This document shows, in pieces, positions 9,484-19,641 of a stretch of DNA of 64,000 nt. Every line of letters begins with the position of its first letter. Within the stretch, counting starts at the first letter, position 1. The translations under genes were made by a program, and so were the position numbers. Source of the DNA: Candidatus Dojkabacteria bacterium (GTDB taxonomy: Bacteria; Patescibacteriota; Dojkabacteria; J137); the NCBI GenBank assembly GCA_025999215.1, contig AP024679.1, forward strand, positions 569,924-633,923. Reading direction: 5' to 3'. Under the pieces are notes generated by a model. It was not told where the DNA came from. It was given only the letters and a program-made list of their open reading frames with translations, and searched no databases.

Positions 9484-10545
9484 ATGTCTAATGCAAAGTT
9501 GAACCCTTACACTCTCCCCTATTTGAGGGAGTTTATAGCGAATCTTCAAAATAATAATTATTCCAAAGAAACAATTGAAAATTATTCTCGCGATTTGAAA
9601 ATTTTCTCATCATTTTTGTACTATATTGAAACGCCTTTTGAAAAAATTGATAAATTGACAATTAGCGAATATAAAGGTTTTTTGAGAAATCAAAATTATA
9701 TTCCAATACTACACGCTTACGAAAAGGGACTTGAATTAACTGAAGAGATAATTGAAAAAAGCAAGAATGAAATATCAGAAAAAAAGCGAGCACTTTATTC
9801 TGGCCAACTATCAGATAACAGTGTTAATAGAATGCTTTCATCATTGAGATCATATTTAAATTTTTTGGTTGAAATTGACAAACCAACGCCAATTTCACCA
9901 ACATCAATCAAAATGATAAAAGCTGAAAAAAAAGAAAAACGAGTTGCTGAGTTTGAAGAATTAGTACAGCTCATTGAAGCGCCTGAAGTTTTTGAAACAA
10001 AAAAAATTGTTAAAAAAAGAAATAGAGCTATTTTAGAATTGATTTTTTCAACTGGGATGAGAATTTCTGAAGTTGTAAATTTAAACAGAGATCAAATTAA
10101 AATTGACGAAAACGGTAATGTAATTGATAATAAAATTTATATTAAAGGAAAAGGAAACAAGCAAAGGTTTGTATACCTTACCGAAAGAGCGATGTTACAC
10201 TTGAGTGAATATTTGAAAACAAGAACAGATAATTATCCAGCAGTTTTTATTCCAACCAAAGGGACGCGATTTGCAACGGAAAACCCTTACATTGTAAGAT
10301 TATCACAAAATTATATCCAAATGAAAATAGCTGAATACAGAAAAAAACTAGGGATTATTGTTCCAACTAGTGCACATAGTCTCAGACATGGTTTTGCGAC
10401 TTATCTAGCAGAACATGGTGCAAATCCCGCGGCTATCCAGAGATTATTAGGGCATTCTAGTTTGCAAACAACATCGCGGTATGTTCATGCATCTGATAAA
10501 TTTGCAGAAAAAGCTCATAAAGAAAATCATCCTTTAAAAAATTAA
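9484..10545 (+). CDS. XerC/XerD-type tyrosine recombinase
   Basis: STGMRISE, GKGNKQR, HSLRHGFAT and LLGHSSLQTTSRY catalytic set; N-terminal SAM-like domain. Confidence 0.93.
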   Translation: MSNAKLNPYTLPYLREFIANLQNNNYSKETIENYSRDLKIFSSFLYYIETPFEKIDKLTISEYKGFLRNQNYIPILHAYEKGLELTEEIIEKSKNEISEKKRALYSGQLSDNSVNRMLSSLRSYLNFLVEIDKPTPISPTSIKMIKAEKKEKRVAEFEELVQLIEAPEVFETKKIVKKRNRAILELIFSTGMRISEVVNLNRDQIKIDENGNVIDNKIYIKGKGNKQRFVYLTERAMLHLSEYLKTRTDNYPAVFIPTKGTRFATENPYIVRLSQNYIQMKIAEYRKKLGIIVPTSAHSLRHGFATYLAEHGANPAAIQRLLGHSSLQTTSRYVHASDKFAEKAHKENHPLKN

Positions 10546-10566
10546 TTTATTTTTTACTAAAACGAA

Positions 10567-11857
10567 ATGGACATAGTACAAAAATTAATAAAAAAAGAGG
10601 AAGAAAGACAACAAAATACGATTGGTCTAATAGCTTCTGAAAATTTTGCTTCTAAAGCTGTAAGAAATGCAGTGAAATCAGTTTTTATGCATAAATATTC
10701 TGAAGGTTATCCACATGCTCGATACTATGAAGGTAATGAGGTGGTTGATGAATTAGAAGATCTTTGTAGACAAGAAATCTTAAAACTATTTAATTTATCT
10801 AATGATGAATGGCACGTTAATGTTCAGCCTTTATCTGGTTCAATTGCAAATTTAGCTGTTTACAATTCAATTTTAGAACCAGGAGATACTATTTTAAGTA
10901 TGTTTTTACCAGATGGTGGACATCTAAGTCATGGTTGGAGTTATGGAAATCAAGAAAGCTTTAGTGAAGATTTTAAAAATTTGAGTGAAAGTATTTATTT
11001 GGGTGGTAACAGAAAAGTTAGCTTTGTATCCAAAATTTATAATGTAATACAATACAAAACTAATCCAAAAACATTTCTTTTTGATTATGATGAAATTGAA
11101 AAGATAGCTTTAAAAGTAAAACCAAAATTAATTATTACTGGAGGTACAGCATATCCAAGAAATATTGATTATGAAAGAATATCAGAGATTGCTAAAAAAG
11201 TTGGAGCACTTTATCACGCAGACTGTGCGCCATGAAGCGGGCCTTATAGCTGGTAAAGCAGTTCCTGATCCTTTTCAATTTGCTGATTTTGTTACCTTCA
11301 CAACTCATAAAACTTTTAGAGGGCCTAGAGGTGCTGTAGCGATGTGCAGAAAAGAATATGCATCCAAACTAGATAGATCTGTTTTCCCAGGACTTCAGGG
11401 TGGACCTTTCAATCATAATATTGCTGGTATTCTCCAAGCAACACTCGAAGCCCAGACTTTAGAATTTCAAAATTATGCAAGACAAATAGTTTTAAATGCA
11501 AAAGCGTTTGCAAAAGGCTTAATGGATAGAGGGTTTGAAATTGTTACTGGAGGTACAGATAAACATCTACTTTTAATTGATTTGCGTAATTCAGAGATTA
11601 AAGGTTCTGAGTTAGCCAAACGTTTAGCAAATGTCAATGTGATAACTAATAAAAATTCTGTACCATGGGAAAGCGGTTCACCAACCAACCCCTCAGGTTT
11701 GCGTATAGGTACACCTTTAGTTACAACAAGAGGCATGAAAGAAACTGAAATGGAAACAATAGCTGAAATTATTCATAGAGTTTATAATAACGAAAATCTG
11801 GAAGAGGTAAAGGTTATGGTTGAAGAATTATGTAAAAAGTTTCCATTGGATATATAA
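10567..11857 (+). CDS. glyA: Serine hydroxymethyltransferase, one frameshift near 11225-11232 (probable sequencing error)
   Basis: LIASENF, KYSEGYP and GGHLSHG in ORF1; HEAGLIAG, TTHKTFRGPRG and FPGLQGGP in ORF2; removing one base restores ADCAHEAG. Confidence 0.93.
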
Positions 11858-11859
11858 TA

Positions 11860-11932
11860 AGCTGGTTGTGAGATTCGAACTCACGACCTTCCCTTTACGA
11901 GAGGGATGCTCTACCAACTGAGCTAAACCAGC
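11860..11932 (-). tRNA. tRNA-Thr(CGT)
   Basis: Reverse complement gctggtttagctcagttggtagagc...tccct-ctCGTaa-aggga...GTTCGAA; no encoded CCA. Confidence 0.95.
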
Positions 11933-11992
11933 TAACAATTAATTATACTCTAATTTTGTGTTAAACTTAAAATATAATTTATATTTAATTTT

Positions 11993-13030
11993 ATGCAGAA
12001 TTTTTTATACAACAACAAAATTGTTAATCATTTAATTGCGCTAGAATCACATAAAGTAAACTTGTCTTTGCTTGAGATTTCTAATGACTTTAAAAGTAAA
12101 ATCTTAAATGAAGTAAAATTAAAAAATATTTTTTTTATTGCATCAATTTTAGGAATTCCACAGTTTACAATTAAGGATGCGCAAAAGTTTTTAAATTCTA
12201 AAGGGTTTGTTGCTGAATCTCTTGATTATCAAGTTTTACATAATTCTATTAACGCTTTTGAATTTAATAAATCTGCTCTGGCTGATACTTTTAATCAAAC
12301 TGATGAAAGTGCCCTACTTCACATAAACAGGTTATTGATTTTGAATTGGAGAGATAACTGGGATGCCAGGTTTCGAAATTTTCATGAAAAAGTTGATGAA
12401 ACTTTTGATCGTTGGATTTCATTACGAGATACGCAAATTAATGATGATGAAAGAATAAGAAGATATAAAGAACTTTTACAATGGTTTTCAGATGTCAAAA
12501 ATGATTTTCCATTTTGGATTAAATTTTCTAGATTTGTTTTTGAATCAATTAGACTGGCTCCTTTCATTGCAGGTAATCAGTTAACAACTATTATTGCTTC
12601 TGATTTTATTTTGTATAAAAATGGTTACTCAACCAAACTTTACATGAGCACAGCAGAAATGTTTGCATTGAATCAACAAAGAATTATAGAAACTTATCAA
12701 GCAGCAGTTATAAATGGTGAATCATATTGGCATGAGAATTTTTTACAAATAGTGTTAGATTATTTTTTGATTTTGCGTAAAAATTTAAATAAATTTTTGG
12801 CATCGCAAGAAAAAGCTAAAAGTCAACCATTTCTTGAACTAAACAAACGACAAATTAAGATCTTAAAATATCTCCAGTCTGTTCCAACTATTAAGCGAGA
12901 AGATTATTGCCATATGATGGAAGTTTCAACTATGACAGCTTTTAGGGATCTTAATGATTTGGTTGATAAAAAATTGCTCAAAGTTGAGGGTAAAGGTAGA
13001 GCAACAAAATACAAACTAGCAACAATGTGA
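11993..13030 (+). CDS. Fic-like protein with degenerate active site and C-terminal DeoR-type wHTH
   Basis: LAPFIAGNQLT aligns to HPFxDGNGR; LNKRQIKIL...VSTMTAFRDLNDLVDKKLLKVEGKGRATKY. Confidence 0.75.
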   Translation: MQNFLYNNKIVNHLIALESHKVNLSLLEISNDFKSKILNEVKLKNIFFIASILGIPQFTIKDAQKFLNSKGFVAESLDYQVLHNSINAFEFNKSALADTFNQTDESALLHINRLLILNWRDNWDARFRNFHEKVDETFDRWISLRDTQINDDERIRRYKELLQWFSDVKNDFPFWIKFSRFVFESIRLAPFIAGNQLTTIIASDFILYKNGYSTKLYMSTAEMFALNQQRIIETYQAAVINGESYWHENFLQIVLDYFLILRKNLNKFLASQEKAKSQPFLELNKRQIKILKYLQSVPTIKREDYCHMMEVSTMTAFRDLNDLVDKKLLKVEGKGRATKYKLATM

Positions 13031-13031
13031 T

Positions 13032-13607
13032 ATGACAAGATGTAGCTGGGTTCCGCTTAATAAAAAAATTTATGTTGATTATCATGATTTTGAATGGGGT
13101 GTTCCTGTTAAAGATGATACTAAGCTTTTTGAGTTTTTGAGTTTAGAGCTTTCTCAAGCTGGTTTATCATGGTATACGATTCTTTTAAAGAGATCTTTCT
13201 ATCGAAATGCATTCAAAGGATTTGATATCGATTATGTAAGTACTTTAACTTTTGATGATTTAGATTATATTATTCAGAATTATGATGTTGTGAAAAATAA
13301 AAAAAAGCTTTCAGCAATTGTTCAAAATGGTAAAGTTTACAAGAAAATTATTGAAGAAAAAGGTTCATTCTATCAGTACATCTTAGAATTTTTACCTAAT
13401 AAAAGGCCACTTATTAATTCATGGTCTGACTTGTCTGAAGTGCCTAAATTTACTGGTTTTTCAAAAAAAATATCGCTTGATCTTAAAAAACGTGGAATGT
13501 TTTTTGTTGGTCCTACTATAATTTATTCATTTCTTCAAGCAACTGGTTTTGTTAATGATCACTTAGTAGATTGTTTTAGATATACTGAATTAAAAAATTT
13601 GTTATAA
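13032..13607 (+). CDS. tag: DNA-3-methyladenine glycosylase I
   Basis: RCSW, YHDFEWGVP, QAGLSWYTIL and NDHLVDC. Confidence 0.95.
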   Translation: MTRCSWVPLNKKIYVDYHDFEWGVPVKDDTKLFEFLSLELSQAGLSWYTILLKRSFYRNAFKGFDIDYVSTLTFDDLDYIIQNYDVVKNKKKLSAIVQNGKVYKKIIEEKGSFYQYILEFLPNKRPLINSWSDLSEVPKFTGFSKKISLDLKKRGMFFVGPTIIYSFLQATGFVNDHLVDCFRYTELKNLL

Positions 13608-13614
13608 TTGAAGC

Positions 13615-14883
13615 ATGAAAAATTTAAAATTAAAACATGTCAGTTTTTATATTTTTGTTCTTTTTACATTTGCTATTTTTTTGTACTCACTACCTACTAT
13701 CAATCTAAGCCTCTTTGGTAAAAATTATACCTTGTTTAATTGGGATCTAAATTCAATTTTACATAATAGTTCTCCATTAGGTAACATCAGGATGGGTAGT
13801 GGTTTTACCAACAATAATGTTTATGTTGTTGAATATAGTAATTTATCAAGCGATGAATTTAATGAGATAGTCGATATAATTAGACTCAGAGCAAAACTTG
13901 CAGGATTTTATCATATTGATATTGATGGGTTTTATAATGAGAATACTTCAAAAATTTTTTTTACAATTCCAAGCTTTGATGATAATCAAAGTATAATTGT
14001 TGAATGGTTGACTAAGGCTGGAAAATTTGAATTTTATACACAAAATTCTCAAGGTGAAGAATCTTTTTCGGGGCTTGACTCAAGTGACATTGAAAATGGT
14101 TTAAGTTTAAAATTTGATGATGTTTATGGTGAGCATTTAGAATTTAAATTTACTGAGAAAGCTTTTTCTAATTTTAATTTAATTTTAACTCAAGGTAATG
14201 TATCGAGCGTTGTTTTAAAAATAGACGGTCAAGATGAATATGCCTTAATTCCGGTAACTCAACAAACATCTCAAGGAGTTCAAATAACAAATAAATTTAA
14301 ACTTGTTTCAATCACAACAAACGATATCACTAAACAAAATATTACTGCTAATTTAACAAAATCATTATTACTGACTAAAGAGCTAAATTCTCAAAATGAG
14401 ACTTACACTCCTTTAGGTGAGATTTCTTCTTTTTATAAAGTTGAGAGATTTAGGTATTTTGTAATTACAGCTTTTTTAACTTTGGTTTTGGCTAATTTGC
14501 TTAACTTTAAAAATTTTGACAAAAAAAATAAGTTTTTATTTTTAGTTATAACTACCTTTTTAATATCTCTCAATTTAGTATTACTTAAATTAGTAGCAGC
14601 TACAGTTTCAATAGTTGGGTTAATTACAATGGTCTTAATTTCTCTGGTATTCATTTTAATCACGAAAGAACTTTTAAAAATTGAATTATCTGAGGATTTT
14701 AAAAAATTTTTGCAAAAGATTTTTGTTTTTAATATTTTAATTTTGTATTTAAACTTTTCATTGTTCGGAAGCTTAAGTTATAGTAATGATGCTGTTGGTG
14801 TTTTAGTAACTAGTTTTATTGTAATGTTTATATTTTTGTATTTCTTTTATAGTTCAGTTAAATCATTTTTATATGAAAAATAA
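13615..14883 (+). CDS. Highly divergent SecD-like membrane protein
   Basis: N-terminal TM, VDIIRLRA (cf. IIRxRV), large extracytoplasmic domain, several C-terminal TMs; coupled to the next ORF. Confidence 0.5.
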   Translation: MKNLKLKHVSFYIFVLFTFAIFLYSLPTINLSLFGKNYTLFNWDLNSILHNSSPLGNIRMGSGFTNNNVYVVEYSNLSSDEFNEIVDIIRLRAKLAGFYHIDIDGFYNENTSKIFFTIPSFDDNQSIIVEWLTKAGKFEFYTQNSQGEESFSGLDSSDIENGLSLKFDDVYGEHLEFKFTEKAFSNFNLILTQGNVSSVVLKIDGQDEYALIPVTQQTSQGVQITNKFKLVSITTNDITKQNITANLTKSLLLTKELNSQNETYTPLGEISSFYKVERFRYFVITAFLTLVLANLLNFKNFDKKNKFLFLVITTFLISLNLVLLKLVAATVSIVGLITMVLISLVFILITKELLKIELSEDFKKFLQKIFVFNILILYLNFSLFGSLSYSNDAVGVLVTSFIVMFIFLYFFYSSVKSFLYEK

Positions 14884-15736
14884 AATTTACTTTTTTACAA
14901 CAATTTTACTTTTTACTTTTGTAGTACCTTTATTTTTATTTTTTTATAATTCTGGGCTTAAATATTCTTTATTTGAAAAAATGATAGCTTTAGAAACAAG
15001 CAATTTAGACCTCACAGTCAAATCTTACGATAAATTTAAAGATGCTGGTATTTATATCGTTACTGAAGATGATTTTTTAAAATTTAAAGATACTTTTCAA
15101 GGTGATTATTATGAATATTACTCTAGTGTAAGCTACAGAAGTGTAGTTACTTTATTGCTAGTTATATTCATGATTTATTTTGCTAATTTGACTCTTCTTT
15201 ATTTTTTATTTTTTAGAAAAAAAACTCTAAAGTCTTTTGGAGGTTTTGGTATTATTTTATTCGCTTATCTGTTTTATCTAGTTACTTTAACATTTGGTGT
15301 TTTATCTTTTACTTCAATGTTTACTTGGATTGATGATTTGTCGATAGGAATTGTTTTGATTAGTGTTTTAGTAAATTTGTTTTTTTACTTAATTTATTTG
15401 GGCGAATTCGAAAAATTAATAACCTTCAAAGATTATAACGTTTGGTTTAACAAAACTTATAATTCTTTCAAAAAGTTGATTTTACCATATTTATTTTTTA
15501 CTGTTGGTTTAACTTATTTAGCTAAGGATGTTCAGCCATTTGTGATTATAAATGCTGGGTTATTTGCTTCATTATTTTTTAACTTTTATGGTTATTTACT
15601 GACAACTTTTCAAATTGAAACAGCAGCACAAATTATTAAGATTGCATCACAAAAAAGTTCTAAGACTCAAAATAAGAAATTAAATAAATCTAGATCATCT
15701 AGTAAAAAGAAAAAGAGTAAAAAAACTAAGAGATAA
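14873..15736 (+). CDS. Highly divergent SecF-like membrane protein
   Basis: Overlaps the SecD-like ORF; 1 TM, loop, then multi-TM block; basic tail. Confidence 0.4.
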   Translation: MKNKIYFFTTILLFTFVVPLFLFFYNSGLKYSLFEKMIALETSNLDLTVKSYDKFKDAGIYIVTEDDFLKFKDTFQGDYYEYYSSVSYRSVVTLLLVIFMIYFANLTLLYFLFFRKKTLKSFGGFGIILFAYLFYLVTLTFGVLSFTSMFTWIDDLSIGIVLISVLVNLFFYLIYLGEFEKLITFKDYNVWFNKTYNSFKKLILPYLFFTVGLTYLAKDVQPFVIINAGLFASLFFNFYGYLLTTFQIETAAQIIKIASQKSSKTQNKKLNKSRSSSKKKKSKKTKR

Positions 15737-17249
15737 CTATTCCTTCAAGTGCCCATGGAGTTGCTGATGTAATTTTAACATCCACAAATTTTCCGATTAA
15801 ACTTTGATCTGACTTAATGCGCACAATTTTGTTATTTGGTGTTCTACCGCTTAAATAGCCTTTCCTATCTTTTCCTTCAATCAAAACTTTTAAAGTTTTA
15901 TCTATTAATTTTTTATTTTTTTTGTAAGCAACTTTTTTCAAAATTTCATTCAATTCTTCTTTTCTTTGAGCTTTAATTTGAGGAGATATCTTGTCTGGCA
16001 GACGAGCTGCAGCTGTACCGCTTCGAGGTGAATATTCAGCAATGTAAATCATATCAAACTCAAGCTCTTTTTGAGCTTTTAGCGTTAACTGAAAATCTTC
16101 TTCCGTTTCTCCGATAAATCCAATAATTATATCTGTTGATAGGGCCAAGTTTGGAATTTCTTTTTTCATTAGTTTTACAATTTCTTTAAATTCTTTCATC
16201 GTATGTCTTCTGTTCATTCTTTTTAAAACTTTGTCACTCCCAGATTGAAGTGCAAAATGTAAGTATGGCCTTTGATGTCCGTTACCTTTGTTTTCTAAAG
16301 CATTGTTTTTTGATGATTGGCCTACAAAACTAATTAGTTCTTTTGTCATATAATTAGGATGAGATGAAATCCATGTTGTCCACCATTCACCGGGAATTTG
16401 ATCAATAACTTGCAAAAGTTGCAAAAAATCCTTTGGCATTTTTAATTCGTTATCAAAATCGTATTCACTTGAATTTAGCTTTGCTTTAAAAAAATCTCTC
16501 CATTTTTCCAAATCTTTTTGATGCAATGGAGTTTCATTCAGACCAGAAATTTTAGTCAAAGCTTCATTATATTCAAACATATCTTTCATTTGTGGATTAA
16601 TCCATCTGTTTACTGTTTGCCCTAAGAGTGTGATATCTTTGTAGCCATGTTTTACCAAATCAAAAACTTCTCTAATTATCTCACTTGCATCTCTACAAAC
16701 TTCTTTACCACGAGAATAAGGGACAATACAAAATGTGCAAAAATGATTGCAGCCGGTAGAAATTGGAACGTAAGCTTGAAAAGAACTTTTATATTTAGGT
16801 TTAAATGATAAATAATGCTCTGGTTTGTCGTCAAACTTAGTTTTAAAACCTAACCTTTCTCCCAAAGTTGTGAAATCTTTGGTTTCAACAACAATGTCAA
16901 GGCCAGGTATTAAGTTTTTAAGTTCATTTTCTCGTGTTAATTTATCTTTTTGTACAGAATTAGCTACATTTTTGCTTTCATCCCAAACTCTCCTTGCCAT
17001 GCATCCAGTAAGTACTATGGTTGGTTGTATAGGGCTATTTTCTCTAATATTTTTTACAACTCCAATTATTCTATCTTCAGCTTTTTGCCTAACTGAGCAT
17101 GTGTTGAGAATCACAAGATCTGCATTTTTCCATGTATCTGTTTCTTTTAAACCAAGGTTATTTAAATACTGTGAAAACCTTTCAGAATCAGATAGATTCA
17201 TCTGACATCCAAAGGTAAGAATGTGGTAAGTTTTTAGTTCATTTTGCAT
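15726..17249 (-). CDS. miaB: tRNA-i6A37 methylthiotransferase
   Basis: TFGCQMNLSDSE, NTCSVRQKAE, GCNHFCTFCIVPYSRG, C-terminal TRAM domain. Confidence 0.93.
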   Translation of the reverse strand: MQNELKTYHILTFGCQMNLSDSERFSQYLNNLGLKETDTWKNADLVILNTCSVRQKAEDRIIGVVKNIRENSPIQPTIVLTGCMARRVWDESKNVANSVQKDKLTRENELKNLIPGLDIVVETKDFTTLGERLGFKTKFDDKPEHYLSFKPKYKSSFQAYVPISTGCNHFCTFCIVPYSRGKEVCRDASEIIREVFDLVKHGYKDITLLGQTVNRWINPQMKDMFEYNEALTKISGLNETPLHQKDLEKWRDFFKAKLNSSEYDFDNELKMPKDFLQLLQVIDQIPGEWWTTWISSHPNYMTKELISFVGQSSKNNALENKGNGHQRPYLHFALQSGSDKVLKRMNRRHTMKEFKEIVKLMKKEIPNLALSTDIIIGFIGETEEDFQLTLKAQKELEFDMIYIAEYSPRSGTAAARLPDKISPQIKAQRKEELNEILKKVAYKKNKKLIDKTLKVLIEGKDRKGYLSGRTPNNKIVRIKSDQSLIGKFVDVKITSATPWALEGIVIS

Positions 17250-17334
17250 TTAAAAATTATACAATTTTCACAGTTTATTCTCAAACAGTATTTTTTGTGA
17301 TAGTATTTATTTAGTAAAATTTAAATTTTGAAAA

Positions 17335-17754
17335 ATGAGTAGGCAAAGTAGTGAATTTATCATTCCATTTAGTTTTTTAGTATTTTTAGCTTTAGTTGGT
17401 CTTTTGGTATTTGTTTATTTTGCTCAGATCAACGAGTGGTTTAGTCCAACAAAAGAGCTAATTGAAAGTATTGAAACTGATGATATTGTTGCTAGTTACC
17501 CTGAAGCTGAGTTTAGTCAATTTACAATGAGTGAGGTGAGTGAGCATAATAGTAATGAAGATTGCTATGTTGTGATTGATGATTTAGTATATGCATTGAG
17601 TGTTGATTTTCTTGATGATGATAAAGACGATTTATTTGATGAATTGATATGCGGTCAAGACATAAGTGAGGCTTTTAAAACTCAGGTGGAATATACTTTT
17701 GAAGACCTAACAAAATTTTTGATAGGTGAAGTTGTTGATGTTAAGGATAATTGA
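17335..17754 (+). CDS. Membrane-anchored cytochrome b5-like domain protein
   Basis: FTMSEVSEHNSNEDCYVVIDDLVY...CGQDISEAF; HPGG motif absent. Confidence 0.75.
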   Translation: MSRQSSEFIIPFSFLVFLALVGLLVFVYFAQINEWFSPTKELIESIETDDIVASYPEAEFSQFTMSEVSEHNSNEDCYVVIDDLVYALSVDFLDDDKDDLFDELICGQDISEAFKTQVEYTFEDLTKFLIGEVVDVKDN

Positions 17755-17938
17755 TTTAAAAGATTTTTCCACATTTTTCATAAATTTTAAAATCCCTAGA
17801 ATTTTTTAAAAAAAGCTTTTTTAACATTAAGTTTAATTTTTAAATCTTTTTTAATTTCAAAGCATAAAAACTTTACGCTATGTAAAGTAATTAAAAAAAA
17901 ATTTTAATTAAAATAAATTTATAGATTTTTAGAAAAAA

Positions 17939-18304
17939 TTAGTCTGTTGCAAGAGCTAATTGAACAGTAGTTGGTGAGACTTGGTTTACAAGAGTTACTA
18001 CTTTGCCTTGTTCTGCAATATGTCTTAAATAATCTAACATTTGGCTAAGCGTTACACCAGGCACCCATTCTATTTCAAGTGGCGGGTTGTATGAATATAA
18101 TATCAAAATAAACTTGTTTCCCTTTTTCTTGATTGAAATTCCTTTTGAAGAAGAAGTGATTATTTTTTGTGTAGCTTGCGGTGTAGTTGATAAACCCATT
18201 GATGAAGCCATAGACATAAATACTGAAACCAAATTACTTGATTCACATTCAATTGAACCTATTTGCTCTTTGTTTTTTGATGTAAAAAATTCTAAGATGT
18301 TCAC
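17939..18304 (-). CDS. Hypothetical protein
   Basis: 121-aa GTG-start ORF with aagg upstream; no motif. Confidence 0.5.
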   Translation of the reverse strand: MNILEFFTSKNKEQIGSIECESSNLVSVFMSMASSMGLSTTPQATQKIITSSSKGISIKKKGNKFILILYSYNPPLEIEWVPGVTLSQMLDYLRHIAEQGKVVTLVNQVSPTTVQLALATD

Positions 18305-18371
18305 GCCTTATGATAACATATTTTTAAGATTTTTTCAAGTATATATTAAAAATTTGTGGTAAAATTTTCAG

Positions 18372-19592
18372 ATGAAAAAGAATTTAATTCCAATATATTT
18401 CTTGAGTTTTGTAAACACTATAGGGTTTAGTATTCTATTTCCTGTATTACCCACGATCATAAGAGAGTTCTCAGACTCTGAATTTGTTTATGGAATAGTG
18501 TTATCAACTTATCCGCTATTTCAGTTTGTAGCAACACCTGTCTTGGGTGAATTAAGCGATTCGTTAGGTAGACGACCAGTTTTAATAATAAGTCAATTTG
18601 GAACTCTTTTGAGTTGGTTTATATTTTTATTTGCATTTGCTGTAAAAGATTTATACTTTTATGGATTGAGTGTTGGTTTAATCGTAATTATTTTTTCAAG
18701 AATAGTTGATGGCATAACTGGAGGAAATGTTTCAGTGGCAAATGCATATGTAACAGATGTTGTGCCTCAGGAAGATCGCTCTAGAATTTTTGCAAACTTA
18801 GGGTTAATTTTTGGATTAGGATTTATCATAGGACCCTCACTTGGTGGTTTGTCAGCAAGTTTTTCAATTGGTGCGATAGGAACGGTAGTTTTATCAATCA
18901 TTGTTTCAACTTTTACTCTACTGTGTATCATATTTTTACTGCCAGAATCGCTTATCAATAGAGATGATGATTTAAATATAAAAAAATCAATAATGTCAAT
19001 TAATATTTTTAAAAAATTTAAAGAAATAAAAGAAAAGTTTATTTATCAAATATTTTTGATTAGATTATTTTTCTCTTTAACTTTTGCAGGCTTTACTCCT
19101 TTGTTAGTTTTATTTTTAGAGGACAAATTCAATATGAAACCAAGGGATTTAGGTTTTGTTTTCTTCATTCTTGGTTTATTTATTTTTGTAAATCAAGGAA
19201 TAGTTTCAAAAAAAATTTCTAAAAAATTTGGAGAATATAAAACTTTTCTATCAGGAGTATTAATAACTATTTCTAGTATTTTTTTATTTTCATTTATCAA
19301 CTCTTTAATTTTATTTTATATTTTAATGTTTTTAATTTCACTTGGTAATGCTCTCTTTTTTCCAAACTTTAAAACTCTACTTGCTAACAATTCTGATAGT
19401 AAAAAATTAGGTCTGGTCAATGGACTTGATGAGTCAATTTTAGCTTTATCCAATGTAATATCACCTATAATCTCAACTTTAATTTATTCAATCTATAAAT
19501 TTAATTCATTTTGGATTTATACTGTTTGTTTGTTAATGTTGGCAGCTTTAAGTCTTTGGGTATTGGAGAAACGATATATTCCAAACAACTAG
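18372..19592 (+). CDS. MFS transporter, TetA/DHA1-like
   Basis: LGELSDSLGRRPVL, SRIVDGITGGN and GFIIGPSLGG; about 12 TMs. Confidence 0.92.
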   Translation: MKKNLIPIYFLSFVNTIGFSILFPVLPTIIREFSDSEFVYGIVLSTYPLFQFVATPVLGELSDSLGRRPVLIISQFGTLLSWFIFLFAFAVKDLYFYGLSVGLIVIIFSRIVDGITGGNVSVANAYVTDVVPQEDRSRIFANLGLIFGLGFIIGPSLGGLSASFSIGAIGTVVLSIIVSTFTLLCIIFLLPESLINRDDDLNIKKSIMSINIFKKFKEIKEKFIYQIFLIRLFFSLTFAGFTPLLVLFLEDKFNMKPRDLGFVFFILGLFIFVNQGIVSKKISKKFGEYKTFLSGVLITISSIFLFSFINSLILFYILMFLISLGNALFFPNFKTLLANNSDSKKLGLVNGLDESILALSNVISPIISTLIYSIYKFNSFWIYTVCLLMLAALSLWVLEKRYIPNN

Positions 19593-19641
19593 AAAACTCA
19601 TAAAATATTATGTATCATGGTGGTAGTTCAATAGTTAAGAT

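Noticed and set aside
9484-11932. Tyrosine recombinase near tRNA-Thr as a prophage or island integrase
   Set aside because: Flanked by pth and glyA, Xer-like architecture, no att duplication or mobile cargo seen
16250-16620. Intein or intron in miaB
   Set aside because: The insertions are short and in-frame, with no C/S...HN splice motifs or endonuclease
17755-17938. oriC or dif site
   Set aside because: One imperfect DnaA box only, no dnaA/dnaN nearby, and the palindrome does not fit the 11-6-11 dif layout
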